Shown one piece after another: positions 1 through 15,492 of a DNA stretch of 64,000 nt. Source of the DNA: the human T2T-CHM13v2.0 reference genome, Homo sapiens. The position numbers were made by a program, and so were the translations under genes. Positions within the stretch are counted from its first letter, which is position 1. The number at the start of each line of letters is the position of its first letter. The DNA lies in the NCBI RefSeq assembly GCF_009914755.1, contig NC_060928.1. One strand, written 5' to 3'. The notes under the pieces are model-generated. The model saw nothing but the letters and a program-made list of their open reading frames with translations. It had not been told where the DNA came from and made no database searches.

Positions 1-356
1 AATCTTATATCTTTTAAAGAGGCTGAGAAAAGAAAAGAGAGCAAATATGTATTTGTAGAATTTGCTGTATTAATCTGATTTACCCTTTTTGGTTCTCTAC
101 ATCTCTTCCTGTGAATTTGAATTACCATCTGGTATCACTTGCTTATTCACAGCTTTGTCCCCACCCATTTTCTTTGTTCTAGTATTGTCAAAAATAGTAT
201 TTTTGTACTTTATAGGCCCAACAATATAAGGAAATATGCAGCTATAGTGTCTTTCATAATCACCTACGTTTTGTCTTTATCTTTGGCTTTCAGTATTTTG
301 AGTATAGTATGTCTGAGTGTAGATCACTTTGTATATATCTTCTTGGCATTTGTTGA

Positions 357-723
<367 letters not shown>

Positions 724-1608
724 TAAATTATTATTTCTTTTGTCCCTTTTTTCTCTCTTCACCTGTGGTACTCCTGTTGCTCATATTTTGTGCACTTAAT
801 GGTGCTCCACATTTCTCTGAGGATTTGTTGATTCTTCATTCTTTTTTGTCCTATTTTTCAGATTGTAGAATCTCTATCTATTTTCAAGTTTGCTGATACT
901 TTATTCTGCAAATTGAAATTGACTGTTGGATGCCTCTAGCGAATTTTTATTTCAATTATTATACTTTTCAACTCCAGAATTTTCATTTGTTTCTTTTTTA
1001 TAATTTCTATTTCTTTATTTTGTCTCCTGTATTTGATGAGACTTTGTCATTGTATCCTTCTTTAATTCTTTAAGTATGCTTTTCTTTGGTTTTCTGAACA
1101 TATTTATAATAGCTGCTTTGACATCTTTGTCTGCTAAATCCACCATCTGTGCCTCTTCAAAGGCAGTTCCTATTACCTGCTTTTTTATTTCTTTTGTATA
1201 GCTCATATGTTTCTGTTTGCATATCTTATAATTTTTTTGTTAAAAACTGGAAATTTTAGAAAACATATTATAGCAACTCTAGTTACCAAATGATGCTTGA
1301 ACTAATTATGCGAAGTCTATTTCCCCTACAGTGTGCAGCCACTGATGTCCCTAGTCAGTTTTTCTCTTTTTTGACTGACAACCTATAGGTCACCTCTCGA
1401 TTGACATAAGCCGCTTATTGGTCAAAAGTTCTGCTTAAGCCTACCTACTCGGTTAGATTTTCATTCTTTACCATTTGATGTGTATGTGGCCTAATGGCTT
1501 CTATCACAGTTCAAGGAGTTTATATTTTTGGCCTCCACATTCGGCCAAGGACTAATAGCTGAGAAGCTCCCTGTTTAGTGACTCCTGAGAGGATAAAGTC
1601 TTGGGCAT

Positions 1609-2018
1609 TGTATTAATCAGGGTTTTGCAGAGAAACAGAACTAATAAAATATATGTATATGTAGAAATATTTATTTTAAGGAATAGGCTTACATGTTGGT
1701 TGGTCTGGCAAGTCTGAAATCTACAAAGGAGGCTGGAGTCCCAGGGAAAAGTTGACATTGTTGCTTGAGTCTGAAGGCAATTTAGAGGCAGAATTCTCTT
1801 TTCCTGTGTTGAACCTCAGTCTTTTCTCTGTTAAGGCCTTCAACTGATTCAATGAAGTCCACCCACATCATGAAGCTTAATCTGCTTTACTCGAAGTCTA
1901 CTGATGTAAATGTAAATCTCATCTAAAAACTACCTTCATGGCAACATTTAGATCAGTGTTTGATAAACATCTGGGGACTGTGGCCTACCCAAGTTGGTAC
2001 ATAAAATTAACAATCACA
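1609..2018 (-). mobile_element. MLT2-family (ERVL) solo LTR
   Basis: Runs TGTATT...AATTAACAATCACA, the reverse of the MLT2 start TGTGAT.GTTAATTTTATG. 5 bp TSD ggcat/gacat. Confidence 0.85.
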
Positions 2019-3124
2019 GACATGGCACATAGTCTTTTACATTGCCAAGGATGAGTAGGATTATAGTTTTAAGCCTGACTTCCTAGGAGTTGACCCTAAG
2101 TAAAAGTAGCTTCTTATTCAGTCAATGTTTGGTCAAAGGTTGTATTTAACACTTCCACGGCAGTGAAGCTTCTGCCTTGTGTTGATGGCTATGTGCTTCT
2201 TGGGGAATGTTTGTAAGACTACCCCACATTCTGCTCTGAGTGTTCCCAACTGGGTGCAGCCTAGCTGTGCACATAGCCTTCCTGATCCCGAGTTGACTGA
2301 GATCTTAAAAAGGCTCTTCTTGGCTGTTTCTTTCCTTATTTTGTTTTTTGAATAATCTACTCTGCCATTTTGCCTGTATCATGGAACTGCCACTCTCCTC
2401 TTAAGTGTTCTCCACCAAGGTTGGGCATGGGCTCTCCACTTTCTGTTCCACATAAAGTCCCTTTAGGCAGAGCTATGGAGTAATTTGTCTTTATGGCCTG
2501 CCTTTACCCTGGGAAGAATCCCTGTGACACTGCCCCAGAGCTAGGGGCAGAACTGCTTTTCCCAGAGTGACACAATCCATCACTATGAGTGGGCATGGAG
2601 AGGTGCAAACAAACTCTGGTCTCCTTGGCTTGTCCCTCTTAGTATGGAGCCCCTTTGCTACAAATGAGCTCTGCCTGCTGCCTGGACTAGAGCTTCTGCC
2701 CCGTAAGTGGGAGCTTCTGCTACGCAAGGCTTGGGGAATGCAGGGTGAAGGCAGAAATGCCAGCATCCTGCCCATCCCTGGATGAAACTGTGGCCCCAGA
2801 CTAAGTGCTGGTGAGAAAGAGCCCCATTGTTTCAGCCACACATGCCTGCAGTAAAACTGCTGGAACTTGGTAAGACAAGTGCCCAGGTAAAACTGCTGGA
2901 ACTTGGAGCTGAGGGGCAGAGAGAGGAACGATTGCAGTTCATGATTCTGATGCCACAAACTGTGTTCTTAAGGAGATTTGTAGATTTTCTTGAATGAATG
3001 TATCTAATACAATTTCCAGAGACTTTAAATGATAGTGTTTTATAATTTTCACCTAATGGTTGTTTCCATGGGGAAACCATCTACCGAGGACCTTATTCAC
3101 CATTTTCGAAGTCCCTCTATTCTT

Positions 3125-4390
3125 TTACGGAGCCAAGCTTTTTCTTGCCTTGAGTCTTCTCCCATGTTATTTCCTCTGCCTGGAATCCACATTGCCTGAC
3201 CATTCACAACCTGAACTCCTGCCTATTCTTCAGGTATTTGATTGAACGTATATTCCTTAGGAACACCCTTCCTAATCCAACATCCAATACACTCCAATCT
3301 GGATGAAATCATCTTGTTATAACAACATCCTAAGCTCTCATGACATCTGATACTTTCTTTCATAGTATGTATTGCAATTGTAGTAGTAACAGGTTATTAA
3401 AGGGGATTTTTCCTATTTCTGGTATTTGTAACTAAAGCTCCACTGCTGAAAATAATAGGCACCAAGCATACCCACATTCTTCAAAGACAGCCCATAGGAT
3501 TTACCAGTAGCAGAATCAGCCCTACTGTAATCACCTGGATTCAAGCCCATGTGACAGATAGTAATTTCTAAAAGGAGTTATTGGAAGTTATAGAGAGTTT
3601 TGAGAGAGGTATCCTTTTCCCCAAAGCCCAGACATATGTGTGTTACTCATGGGTGGAGTAGACACTGCAAAAGGTAGCCAGGTTTGAGGAACTTGACTGA
3701 ATCCTGCAAAGAGAGTGGCCTTAGAGGCGAGGGGAGCTTTGCAGCAGGTGATTAACAGGCATACCACGGGAGGTAGAAGAAGGAGCTGAAGTGGAGCTAC
3801 CAATCATAGCACTAGTTGATTAAAAAATCTTTTGACTCTTTTCTGTAATTCTCCTTCCTTACATTCCCCCAAACCCACACTCTACTGATGGGGCCCAAAG
3901 CGACAAAGTAAGTCAGGATAAAAGGAATAAAAAAGACCATGCCTCCCTTCCCAGTGCCATGCCCCTTTCATCGAAAATCAGGCCAGAACTGGGAGAGGGA
4001 AAAAAAATGTGGATCAGACAAGAGAATTAACTTCTCGATTGACCTGAACTGGATTGGAATTTTTTATGCCAGATGGTAACTGGGAAGTTATTGAAGCTCC
4101 CCTAAAGGTCATTAAGGAGTGAGAAAGAATCACCAAATATACAGAAAGCACAGACTAGAGAAAAACACAACTATTTCATGCTTGCATCCCACCATATTCA
4201 TGCAGCTTAATTAGCTGGTGTGATAATTCTGTAGTTTTATAAAGTTCTTAGTGTGTTTATTTGCTTAATGTTTATGTCTTCCAGTAGACCATAATTTCCA
4301 TGGAGGCAGAGGTTACATCTCCAGCACCAGCCCAGCTCTGACACATAGTGGGCCTCTAATTAATATTTGTTGAATAAATAAATGAATATA
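3125..4390 (+). mobile_element. L2 3' fragments (~3125-3380 and ~4250-4390) separated by a probable ancient LTR
   Basis: L2 motifs ttcctctgcctggaat and the 3' terminus acatagtgggcctct...atatttgttgaataaataaatgaat. Confidence 0.55.
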
Positions 4391-5124
4391 TGCAGAAGCG
4401 AATGCTTTTGATTTTTCATTTAACATTTTTCAATTGTTCAGAATAATAGTCAAAAATGTGCTTTGTGGTATCCACATATAAAAGATATAAATATCAGACT
4501 AGTCAATTAAAAATGAGAATCTGAGGAGTAAAAAGAAATTTGGAGAAAAAAAAGAAAGAGCCTCTGCTGAGAGGATTACTTTCCTTTGGAAATGTTATTT
4601 TAAGTATAAACTTGATATTCCTTGGACAGGGAAGATTGTGGAGAAAAAGTAAAGGATCAGTCTGCTGGAAAAACAGCCTCCACTAAAGTAGCTATTGCTT
4701 GTTCCAGAGAAAAGGCAGATGGGTGGGAGGTAGAGGAGTTCTTTATCCTGTACTCTTCTCTTCTTCTTATAATGTCTCTTAAGGTAATATTTCATCCAGA
4801 GTGATTGCAGTCCCTGAAATTTCAAGAACAGGCAGGTCTTCTTTTACAAGCAACAGTAAAAAATTTTTGAGCAGCTAAGCATGTTACCAGGGAATTAATA
4901 ATAAATCTGTACAGATTGATATTCCCCTGAGATAAAACGAAAGAGAAAATATTAAAAAACTGATGCTTCTGGCAAATGAAAAACTAATGGAGTGTGTATC
5001 TCTCAGTGGAGGGGAAGAACGCAGCATTTGCTTTTATTCCCAAGACTAAAGCCTGCCATACCAGGTAATGATCAGATCTCTTCTCACGTATGCTGTGCTC
5101 TCAATACCACTGACAAAAACTAAA

Positions 5125-5330
5125 TAGCATGGTGCCAAGACCCAGTAGGCTTTGGCTGGAATGCCAGTTCTACCACTAATTAGCTGTGTGACCTCAGACA
5201 AGTAATTTCATGTCCCTGAGCCTCAGTCTTTGCAACAAGAAACAGAGATAACACCTGCTTCATAATGTTTTCAGAATTAAGCAGGAGCATGTGCACATTG
5301 GCTAGTATCTAGTAAGGACTCAGCAAGCTT
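5125..5330 (+). mobile_element. MIR SINE
   Basis: MIR core: ctaccactaattagctgtgtgacctcagacaagt...ctgagcctcagt. Confidence 0.75.
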
Positions 5331-5729
5331 CTGATTCTTTCCCATAATATGGTACATTTTTCTAGGTCATTTAATCTTTATGTTAAAAAAAATCCTTTAC
5401 TCCACATAAACTAGCAACTCTTTACCTACTAGCTCACATTCTACTCTATTTTAATAACAAGTCAAGGTCCATAACCTCAGGAAATTGTTCTTATCCAATT
5501 TTATAGAGATCAGTTTCTTGAAAATGTTAATCATGCTTCTTTGAATTTTATCTCCTTCCACCAGCCCTTCCATCCCCACCCTTATTAGTCACCAGTAGAT
5601 TATAAGAGCAGCGAAGCCAAGGTCTATATATTTTTTTCACTGTTGTAACATCAGCATATAACATAGACTCTAGCACTCTGTAAGTAATCAGTATGTATCT
5701 ATTACATGAATGGAGGAATGTAAGATATA

Positions 5730-6490
<761 letters not shown>

Positions 6491-8109
6491 ACTTAATAGG
6501 CAGTCCATATCTGTTGAGTGACTAAGTGATGGCATTAGGAATTGGGCAAACAGTTGTATCCAACAATAATAGCCAAGGTTAGGGAACAGGAATCTAGGAG
6601 TCAGAAAAACATGAAAATAAAGGGAAGGAACAGGTAAGGAAAAACTAAGATCCAAAATAAGAGACCAGGACTGAAAATCAAGGCAGAAGTTCTACAACTC
6701 CAGAGACGTTGGCCAATATCATAGATCAATATTATCAAATATTTGCACCAAACCAATAGCAACAAAAGTAGCTGCTCAAGTTATGCCTGTTTTGAGCCCA
6801 AACTATTGTGGAAACTGAAGCAGGGTAGGCTTTGTGTAAGATGAATGTGTTTAAGTATGCAGAAGTAGAAATTCAGAGGCAGAGACAGTCAATAATATAA
6901 ACAACCAAAGCCATAAAACAGCTTACATGAAAGCTGCTCTTGGCTGTTACCCACTGAACATGACTGGAAAAAAATATGGCTCTTCCATAACCTCAGGCCT
7001 CTGCATTCTTTGTTCCCTACTGGTGTACTTTCAGACCAAGGGGCAGATTATAGAAAGGTCATGCTTTGCCGGAAGGAACAGGCCTCATCCTGGAAGACAG
7101 GCACAAGATTCCCTGCAATACATAAAAGGCAGGACCTGCATCTGCAACCCTCACCTTGGCGACTGGCACCTTTGCCTGAACAAGAACAAGGTGCAGCACT
7201 ACCCATCCAATCATCCCGTAGCACTGCCCTTGACAGGCCAATGACAAGACCATTCTCCCATCTCACTTGTAGGTTTCCCTTTTCAGCACATTTCCCCCCT
7301 GCCAGGCATCATAATTAGTGCTTCTCTGTGGGCTTAATTGTACATTTGTTTTGATTAATTAGCCTCAGAGCTGACTTGGCAGTTATTGAGACATTGGAGA
7401 GGGTTCTGGATTTATTTAGTGTTCATACCTCTGCACCCTCTGGGACTCTTCTTTCTGTCAGCAGCAAAACTTCAAGTTCAAAACTGTCTGTTTTAGAAAA
7501 TGTTTTATGTGTCCAATTAACTATTTGTCATGTTGAGGTAAGTACAAAGATAAAATCTCACCATCTTGTGTAAGGTGATGGATGTGTATCTTTTTATAGT
7601 ACCATGGACCAGGAAACTCAAGAATCAATTTCTATACTCTGAAACAATGACAAAATTGTCTAATATGTTAATTTGTGCTGTGACACATTACTCATGATGT
7701 AACCTTCCAAATGGCTTCTCAAAATCTTAACTTCCCCCCACCCCTACCCTCTGCCCTGAAAGTTTTCTTAAATCTCTACCTCCAGGACTCAATGCAAAAA
7801 CTGAAGCTGGTAATATTTAGCCTAGCAAAGTAGAGCCAAGCATCACAGTAAGGTTTATGGAGAATCCAATCAAGAGATTGAAGATCTGGGTTTGGATCGT
7901 ATCCTTGTCACTAAGTAGCTGATTAGGACTCCCAGACATCCAACTATAAGAAGTTTAATGTAGGGAATGTATTAGCTCCTATAACTAAAACGTCCAGGGA
8001 CTGGTCTTCAGACACAGCTAAATCAAGGAGATCCAACCATGTTGCCAAGGCTCTGTGTTTCTCCCTCCTGTGCTTGGACCTTCTTTACTTTTTTTTTTTT
8101 AATTTAAAA

Positions 8110-8220
8110 TTATTTGTGTATTTATTTTTAAATTTTACTTTATGTTCTGGGATACATGTACAGAATGTGTAGGTTTTTTACATAAGTATACGTGTGCCAT
8201 GGTGGTTTGCTGCACCTATC
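8110..8220 (-). mobile_element. Short L1PA 3'-end fragment
   Basis: ttctgggatacatgtacagaatgtg...ccatggtggtttgctgcacctatc is the reverse L1PA 3' UTR. Flanked by ttaaaatt repeats. Confidence 0.8.
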
Positions 8221-8524
8221 TTAAAATTCATAAAATTTACAGAAAACCATTAAGAAATTTTATTCTCTCTACTCTCCATTCTGCAGTTTGGACTACTGGG
8301 GCCTTGTGATTTAAATGACTTTTCTAAAGTCATGATTCTGCTAAGTGCCAGAATTGTAAGACAAATCTGTTTTCTACCTAATTCATAACTAGTTCTTTCC
8401 AGAACATAATGAGCTGAACATTCAGTTCATGCTTGAATCTAGAAAATTATACTATATTTTTACATTAATCTGGATATACCATAGGTGTTTTAAACTCCCG
8501 GAAGATAACTATATGTTCTACTCA

Positions 8525-8760
8525 TAGCTAACATTTATTTTAGTGCTATTATGTTATAGACACTGTTCTAAGTATTTCACATCTATCAAATAATTTAACC
8601 CTCAGATTAGTCCTATGAGATCAGTTCTATTATTGCTATCTTCATTTAACAGATGAAAACATGGAGGTTCAGAGAGGCTAAGTAACCTGCCCAGGGTCTC
8701 AGCTTCAAAGTGAAGGTTGGTGCTTAAAAAGCCTATGCTCCTAACCTATGCATACTACCG
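8525..8760 (-). mobile_element. MIR SINE
   Basis: cagatgaaaacatggaggttcagagaggctaagtaacctgcccaggg is the reverse MIR core. Confidence 0.75.
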
Positions 8761-9059
8761 TTTACATATAATAATGGCCCATGATGGCTGGAGTAATACA
8801 TAAGTCCAATTCTATAGTAATCAGCAATAATAGAGAATTTTTCCAAACTTTAGAAAATGTTTTCAAATAATTGCCTATTGAATTACAAACTGGACAATTT
8901 CCTCTTAGGTTTTGCTGTTTTGTATTCTCACCAGTGCCGAGGTGAGATATGACTGAAGAATAAATTCTGTTTCATTACCTGTATATTTTAAATGTTAAAA
9001 CATTGTTGAATAACTTGTATCCTGATTGTTCATAGTTTGTGCCGGCTGCTACTCCTGTG

Positions 9060-9750
9060 AGTAACTTCTCAATGTCAGTTGTCCCAGATCCAGATACTTA
9101 GCCACTCTTCTTCTTCTACCTTCTCTCATAGATATTTTCATTCATTTATTGAATTTTCAACCCATGTATAGGCCCATGGAAGCTAAATTTCTATCTCTAG
9201 CCATAGCCACTGAGTTCCAAATTTAAATATGCTTTTGTCTTTCGGCATATCCGCTTGAAATTCCAATAAATAGCTCAAATTTAACACAATTGAAGTAGAA
9301 CACTGTAATCCCTTCTGCTCTCAAACACAGAGCAGGAAACAAAAATAAAAATAAAATCTGCTCTTAGCTCAGTATTTTCCATACCAGTTAATACCACCCC
9401 ATCCACCTAGTTGTTCTCCCCCAGATTAGAAGTCATTCTTAACCATTTACTTCCCTTACACTCTGCATTAGTCCTTTAGCACATCCTCTCAGCTGTACTT
9501 TCAAACCATTCTCTCCTATCTATCACCTTACCTTCTTCTCCACTGCTATCATTCTAAGCCAAACCACGTACATCTCTTACCTGAATTACTTGGTAGCCTG
9601 TTATTTGGTCTCCTTGCTTCTACTCTCTCCCCTTTGTAATAAATTTTCTATATAGCAGCTACAGGTGTATCTTTAAAAGGTAAATCTCAGTGTGTTGCTC
9701 ACGTCCCTTTCCTGCTTAAAGACCTCCAATGGCTCCAGTGGCTTTTCTCT
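9060..9750 (+). mobile_element. L2 fragment
   Basis: Pyrimidine-rich L2 text (ccaccccatccacctagttg; tggtctccttgcttctactct; cctgcttaaagacctccaatggct). Confidence 0.7.
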
Positions 9751-10549
9751 TCAGACAGTTTGTTCAAGACAGCTAGGGCAGACAGCCAATTGCAGCCCTA
9801 AGTACCTGGGTCTTGCAACTCTGCCTCATTAAAGTTAATGAGACTGCCTCTCTCTCTCTCTCTGAATACCCATAAACAAAATTTTACATTAGTTTCCAAT
9901 TACCTCATTTGAACCATGGGCCCAACGCAGAACCAATCACTATAGCAAAGGGATAAAGTAATGTTAATCATGTGAGCCATGTAGACTGCAACTTATACCC
10001 CTTTCTATGGTAAGAAACAAGGAGGAGAAGAGATCAAAACACAGTGACAGACTTATCATAACATTTTGGAAATGTCATCCAAAAAATGAAAGATCAGGTG
10101 CTATTACCAGATGCAAAGGACAGAAAGGCTAAACAAACAAGAACACCAGAAATTTGCTACTTAATTATTTAAACCAATCACTTATTCAATCTGAAAAATA
10201 AGCGTAAGAATATCACTATTGACTTTACATGGAAGTACAAAGACAAAGCACAAAAAGTGCTTCCAAAAAAGGCCTTTGGGGAGAAACTTGTTAGATACTT
10301 TACAAAATAAATTACATTGCTTGTACATTGCTATTGAAAGTATAAATTTGCATGATGACTTAGGAAAACAATTTGGCATTGTCTTGTAAAGCTATATATT
10401 ATAAACTCTAAAGCCTGGGAATTTCTTTCCCAAGTGGCTGAGACAGGGGTGATCATCAAACATTTTATCTGCTCCCCTACAGTTCTTACTTCACTTGAGT
10501 TAGGTTTGACCACTGGGCTACTTCAGGTAAAGGAAATGTGGATAGAAGT

Positions 10550-10587
10550 TGTATTAATCAGTGTTTTCCAGAGAAACAGCCAATAAG

Positions 10588-10628
<41 letters not shown>

Positions 10629-11083
10629 TGTGTGTGTGTATGTGTGTGTGTCTTCCTAGATATTATATTAGTCCACATGATTATGGGGGCTACATCATAC
10701 AATCTGCCCTCTGCAAGCTGGAGATCCAGGAAAGCCAGTAGTATAATTCAAAGATAGCAGGAGAGCTACTGGTATAGATTTTAGTCCAGATCTGAAGGCC
10801 TGAGAACTGGGAGCACTGAAGGCAGAAGATCAATGTCCCAGCTGTAGCAGTCAGACAGAGTTAATTCAGTCTTCCTCCACCTTTTGTTCTACTCAAGCCT
10901 TCAACAGATTGGAGGATGTCCACACACACTGAGGAGAGCCACCTGCTTAACTCAGTCTGCCAATGCAAATGCTAATCTCTTCTGAAGAAAACAACTTCAC
11001 AGGCACACCCAGAAGGAATGTTTAGTCAGACATCTGGGCATCGCATCACCCAATCCAGTTAAGACCTAAAACTAACCATTACA
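10550..11083 (-). mobile_element. MLT2B-like solo LTR with an internal (TG)n, inserted in an MLT1 LTR (~10420-11330)
   Basis: TGTATTAATCAG...AACTAACCATTACA termini. TSD gaagt/aaagt. (TG)n at ~10591-10651. Confidence 0.85.
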
Positions 11084-12149
11084 AAAGTCATCTGTCACTC
11101 TCAGATGAAGCACTGAAAGGCCCTCTGCCGTTCTATCACATCCCTCTTCCCCTGCCAAGGAGCCAAAGGAGGTCTCACATTCCTGAAGACACAGCTACAT
11201 GATAGCACAGTCTCTGTCAGCCTTCGTCCCTGGAAGTCCCCCACCAAGAAATAAGCCTTTATTGTGTTAAGCCATATATGTATAGGAGTTAATTTGTTAT
11301 CACAGCATAATGGTTTATATGTCTGATACAATCCTCAAGAGAACTTCTGCACATGTGCAAGATGACCACAGTAACACTGTTAGTAATGGTAAAAATGCTC
11401 AAGCAACCCAAATGCTCATTGACGAATACAAAGAATAAGAAAGAATCATGATGTATTTCTGCAATGAAATACTGTGTAGTGGCAAAATATATTACTATAA
11501 GCAACACTACATATGAATCTTAACATAATGTCAAGTAAAAAAGTCAGTCACAGGAGACTATGTATAGTTTGATGCCCTTATCAAAGGTTTAATAATAAGC
11601 AAGGAAAATATATTATTTAGGCATACAGATAGCAAAAATTAGGATTAATCCAATTTTATATAACTGAGGTCCAAATAAAGAGATACGTATTAATAATAAT
11701 AACAATAGTAATACTAGTGATAGCAATTGCAAGTTTAGAAATACTGAAACACTTTAGGCAAAGAGAATAAAACTGGAACTGGTAAAAAGAACTTAAACTG
11801 TTAATATCACAAACTCAAAAATATAGGTTTAGTTTATTTTTATTTACTCTGTCATTTTGCATGTAGCATCCTTTCCAGCTTCCAGCTTGCATCTTCAGTA
11901 AATGTGTATAAACATCATAGAATGGTGTTTGGTTTGGTTTGGTTTGGTTCGATTTTAGGAGGATGGAGATGACATCTAAAGAATGCTATTGAAAAGACAG
12001 TCTCAACAAGGAAACTAATTCCAGTTGCTTTCAGTTTTCAAATTTCTGTGAAGAAGGAGCAGTCATTAGCAAAACTGTGAAGTCATTGAACTGTGTTTTT
12101 GGCTAACAAATCTCCTAAGTTTGAGCCCTTGTTCCCTTATTCCCTTTAA

Positions 12150-13000
12150 GCTACCTTTATCTTCATATTCTCTCCAGTCTCTTCCCTGCTGAAACATGGT
12201 TTCAACAACAAACCTGACCTCTTTCTCTGTAATGTATTCCTCTTTTCTCCACTTTCTAAAAACTATCTCAGGGCAGTCTCAACGACAAATATGGCTTTGA
12301 CAGCCACTATAAGCTAATAACCCCCCAAATTTACACATTTCTCTCCTGAGCAACAGAATGGTAATGATAACTTCTCACTTGTCATCTCCACTTGGGTGTC
12401 TGACAGACACCTTCAGTACAAAACACACAATAGTAACTTCTTAACTTCCCCTCAAAATTTGTTCTTTCTCCTACTTCCCCTTCTCCTTTTTTAAATCCCA
12501 TACTTTATTTCAAAACCTCTTTTTGTTTAATGCTATCACTAGTTACCCAGTTTCCAGAACCATGGATCTGGAGTTCATCCTAGACAATTTCCTGTCTTTA
12601 GATGCCTGAAAGAGTGTTTCCTATGGGATTCCAACAGCAGTGATCAGGGCAAAAATGAATGGCTAGAGAGGAAGACATAAAGACTGTTTTTGAAGACACA
12701 TGAGTTACTTCCAGGAATCCCCATAAGTAACTGAGGGGGTTATTAAAGAAGGCAGGATATGTGATATCAAGAACAACTACAAACCAGAGGAATTTAAGTT
12801 ACTCAATTTTACCCAAAAACTAATAAAACCTAGACATTTCCAAATTACATAGTTTGGATGTCTGTTTCTTCCACTATATTGTAAATCTCTGGAGATCGTG
12901 AGCTATATTTCATTAATCTTTGATTTCTCAGTGCCTATCATGGTACCCAACATACTGTAGATACTTAATACTATTTAATATTTAAATGAATAAATTCATA
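12150..13000 (+). mobile_element. L2 fragments
   Basis: catctccacttgggtgtctgacagacacct; 3' end cagtgcctatcatggtacccaacatactgtag...aaatgaataaat. Confidence 0.6.
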
Positions 13001-15119
13001 TAAAAGATAACTTTTCCAGAGCCATTTACTTTTTTTATGATTGAGGAAATTCAGTGGCAGAGTGAGCCTTCCTCTGAGTCCCTGATCAGCGAAGGAGTCA
13101 TTGCTCCATTATCTTTCTCATCAGGCTATTCCCATCGAGAGATGCGCTTCAGGCCAGGGCTTCTGGATTGCTTGTCAGCAAGTCATCTTACTCTGCACAT
13201 AACATGTTTTCTAGCTCCACATAAGTAAACAAACAGCAGAAGAAAAAAGGGGAGAGTCAAAAGATCAGGAACAAATAGATTGCTATCTTTTGGAAACACT
13301 TGCCTCAAAGGATTTGGCAGCACTACTCATAATAATTTTGTCTATGTTTTTTTGAAGCATCAACAAATAATATCATTTAAAAAAAGCACAATGTTTTCAA
13401 AGGATGCAAACGAGAGGAAATAAAAAGGATATTATTTCCACTAGCATCAATACATACCAATCTGGTTAAACTTTGTGGAAGTCACGATAAAGGGATGCCT
13501 GGCTATAGTCACAGGAGCACTATACACTGTATATTTGTTATAAGCGATCCACTGTAAACTGACTATTTTCTTCCTCATGTAATTTTAGTGTTGTTTTTTT
13601 AGAGCATGTTTATTTATTTACCTTTTGGGATTCCACATTTTTGTCAGGTCATTTCCCTTATGGTATAAGAACTAATGTGAGATGTTCATGATGGTGACAT
13701 TTGTAAAGCCATCCAATGGAATATAATGAGGCCTGCAGTCAATCAATAAATAATGTTGACCTGAAAAGAATAGTGAAAACACAACTTATACCCACAAGTA
13801 ACTACTGACTATGAACTGTTCTGCAAAATATCATGAAAAGAACACTGTGTCCATGACAACCCAGCAGTTGAGCTCTGATGGTGTTCTGTTGGGTTTTTTT
13901 TTGTTTTTTTTTTTGCTTTTTCCATCTTGGGAGGGGGGTGAGTGTGCATTCACATGCTTACCAGAGTTAATAATAACTTCTAAATCTGGCATTTCCTGAT
14001 AATACTACAAGCTTTTAAAACAGCTTTCATCCAAGGACCTTTAAAAGGCCTAAAATCAAGCTAGTACTATCAGCATTTGAAAGATAAAGAAGCCCCAAAA
14101 GATTATGCAATTTGCCCAAGGTCAGTCTGAAAAACTTGCTAAAGCAAAAATACAATTCAAGGTAACCAACTCCCAGTCTGTTGTTCTAATTATTAGACAA
14201 TCCTCTCTTGTGTCAGGCTTGAAGCTTTGCCTTAGATTCTGAAAACGTTCAATGGATCGCTGAAGTCCAGGGAATGTTCCCAAAGGGCAGCTGTGGTTAA
14301 TTGAACATCTTGCAACTTGCAGAAATCTGTTATTACTCTCATTAATTAGTTTAAAGCATTTCTAACAAAACAAATTCTCAAAACACATGAAAATTAAGGA
14401 TTTCCCCTTTGTTTTATAATCTCACAAATGAAGATGTTAGAAATAAGTTATAATTGAAATGAATCTATCACATTTTCACTTATAACTCAATAAAAAATAA
14501 AGCCTTAATTGTACTATGTTAGGGTAGCTATAAAAATGTTGGATGTGTAAAGCCCTTCCACAAACACTGTCTTTGTGGTGCAGAGCGCATTCTAAATTAA
14601 GTAGCATAAAAGCAATAGGAATTCATTGTCTAAAACAGCAAAGCACTATAAGATGCTAAGCAATAATGTCTAAGACACTGTCTCTTTCATCTTTGTGCTG
14701 CTATACTCGCTCTTCTTATAACCCAGACCACTTTTCCTCTCTCATCTCTCCTTCTTCAACATGTTAACTACCAAAACACAACTCAGATACCGCCCTTGCC
14801 TGAATCCTTGCCAGCCTGCTCTTCCCATCCATATTCTGTCCCATCTCCTCAGGCTGGAACCTAGCCCTCCTCTGTACTTCTATATTCTCCTGACTTATCC
14901 ATCAACCACCTATCTTCCTGTGTTTAAATGATCTCCTTGTACATTAGACTGAGCTCCAAGAAAGCTGGGAAAGTGTTTATTTTATAAAGGTGTGAAAAGA
15001 TTATTCATAAATTCCTGTGATCCAGCTCAACGCATTTAAGAGTTTAGAAAAATTGTCCCAAACTGGAAAAATAGATTTCCCTACTTTGGCTCCAACATGT
15101 AAAAAACTAAGAAGTTGCC

Positions 15120-15492
15120 TGATATGGTTGGGCTTTGTGCACCCACCCAAATCGCATCTTGAATTGCAGTCCCCAGGTGTTGAGATCAGAACCTGGTGAA
15201 AGGTGATTGCATCATGGGAGCGGTTTCCCTAGTTCTGTTCTCATGATAATGAGTGACTTCTCATGAGATCTGATGGTTTTATCAGTGTTTGGCAGTTCCT
15301 CCGCTGCTCTTCTCTCTCCCTCCTGCCACCATGTAAGACATGCCTTGCTTCCCCTTCACCTACCGCCATGACTGTAAATTTCCTGAGGCCTCCTTAGCCA
15401 TGCAAAACTGTGAGTCAATTAAACCTCTTTCCTTTATAAATTACCCAGTCTCGGGTACTATCTTTACAGCAGTGTGAAAAGGGACTAATACA
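15120..15492 (+). mobile_element. THE1D-like (MaLR) solo LTR
   Basis: TGATATGGTT...GGACTAATACA termini. TSD ttgcc/ttgtc. Confidence 0.9.

Noticed and set aside
2491-2958. 155 aa ORF with an internal repeat (KFQQF twice)
   Set aside because: It lies in an L1M 5' remnant, and the peptide repeat comes from the 20 bp DNA duplication.
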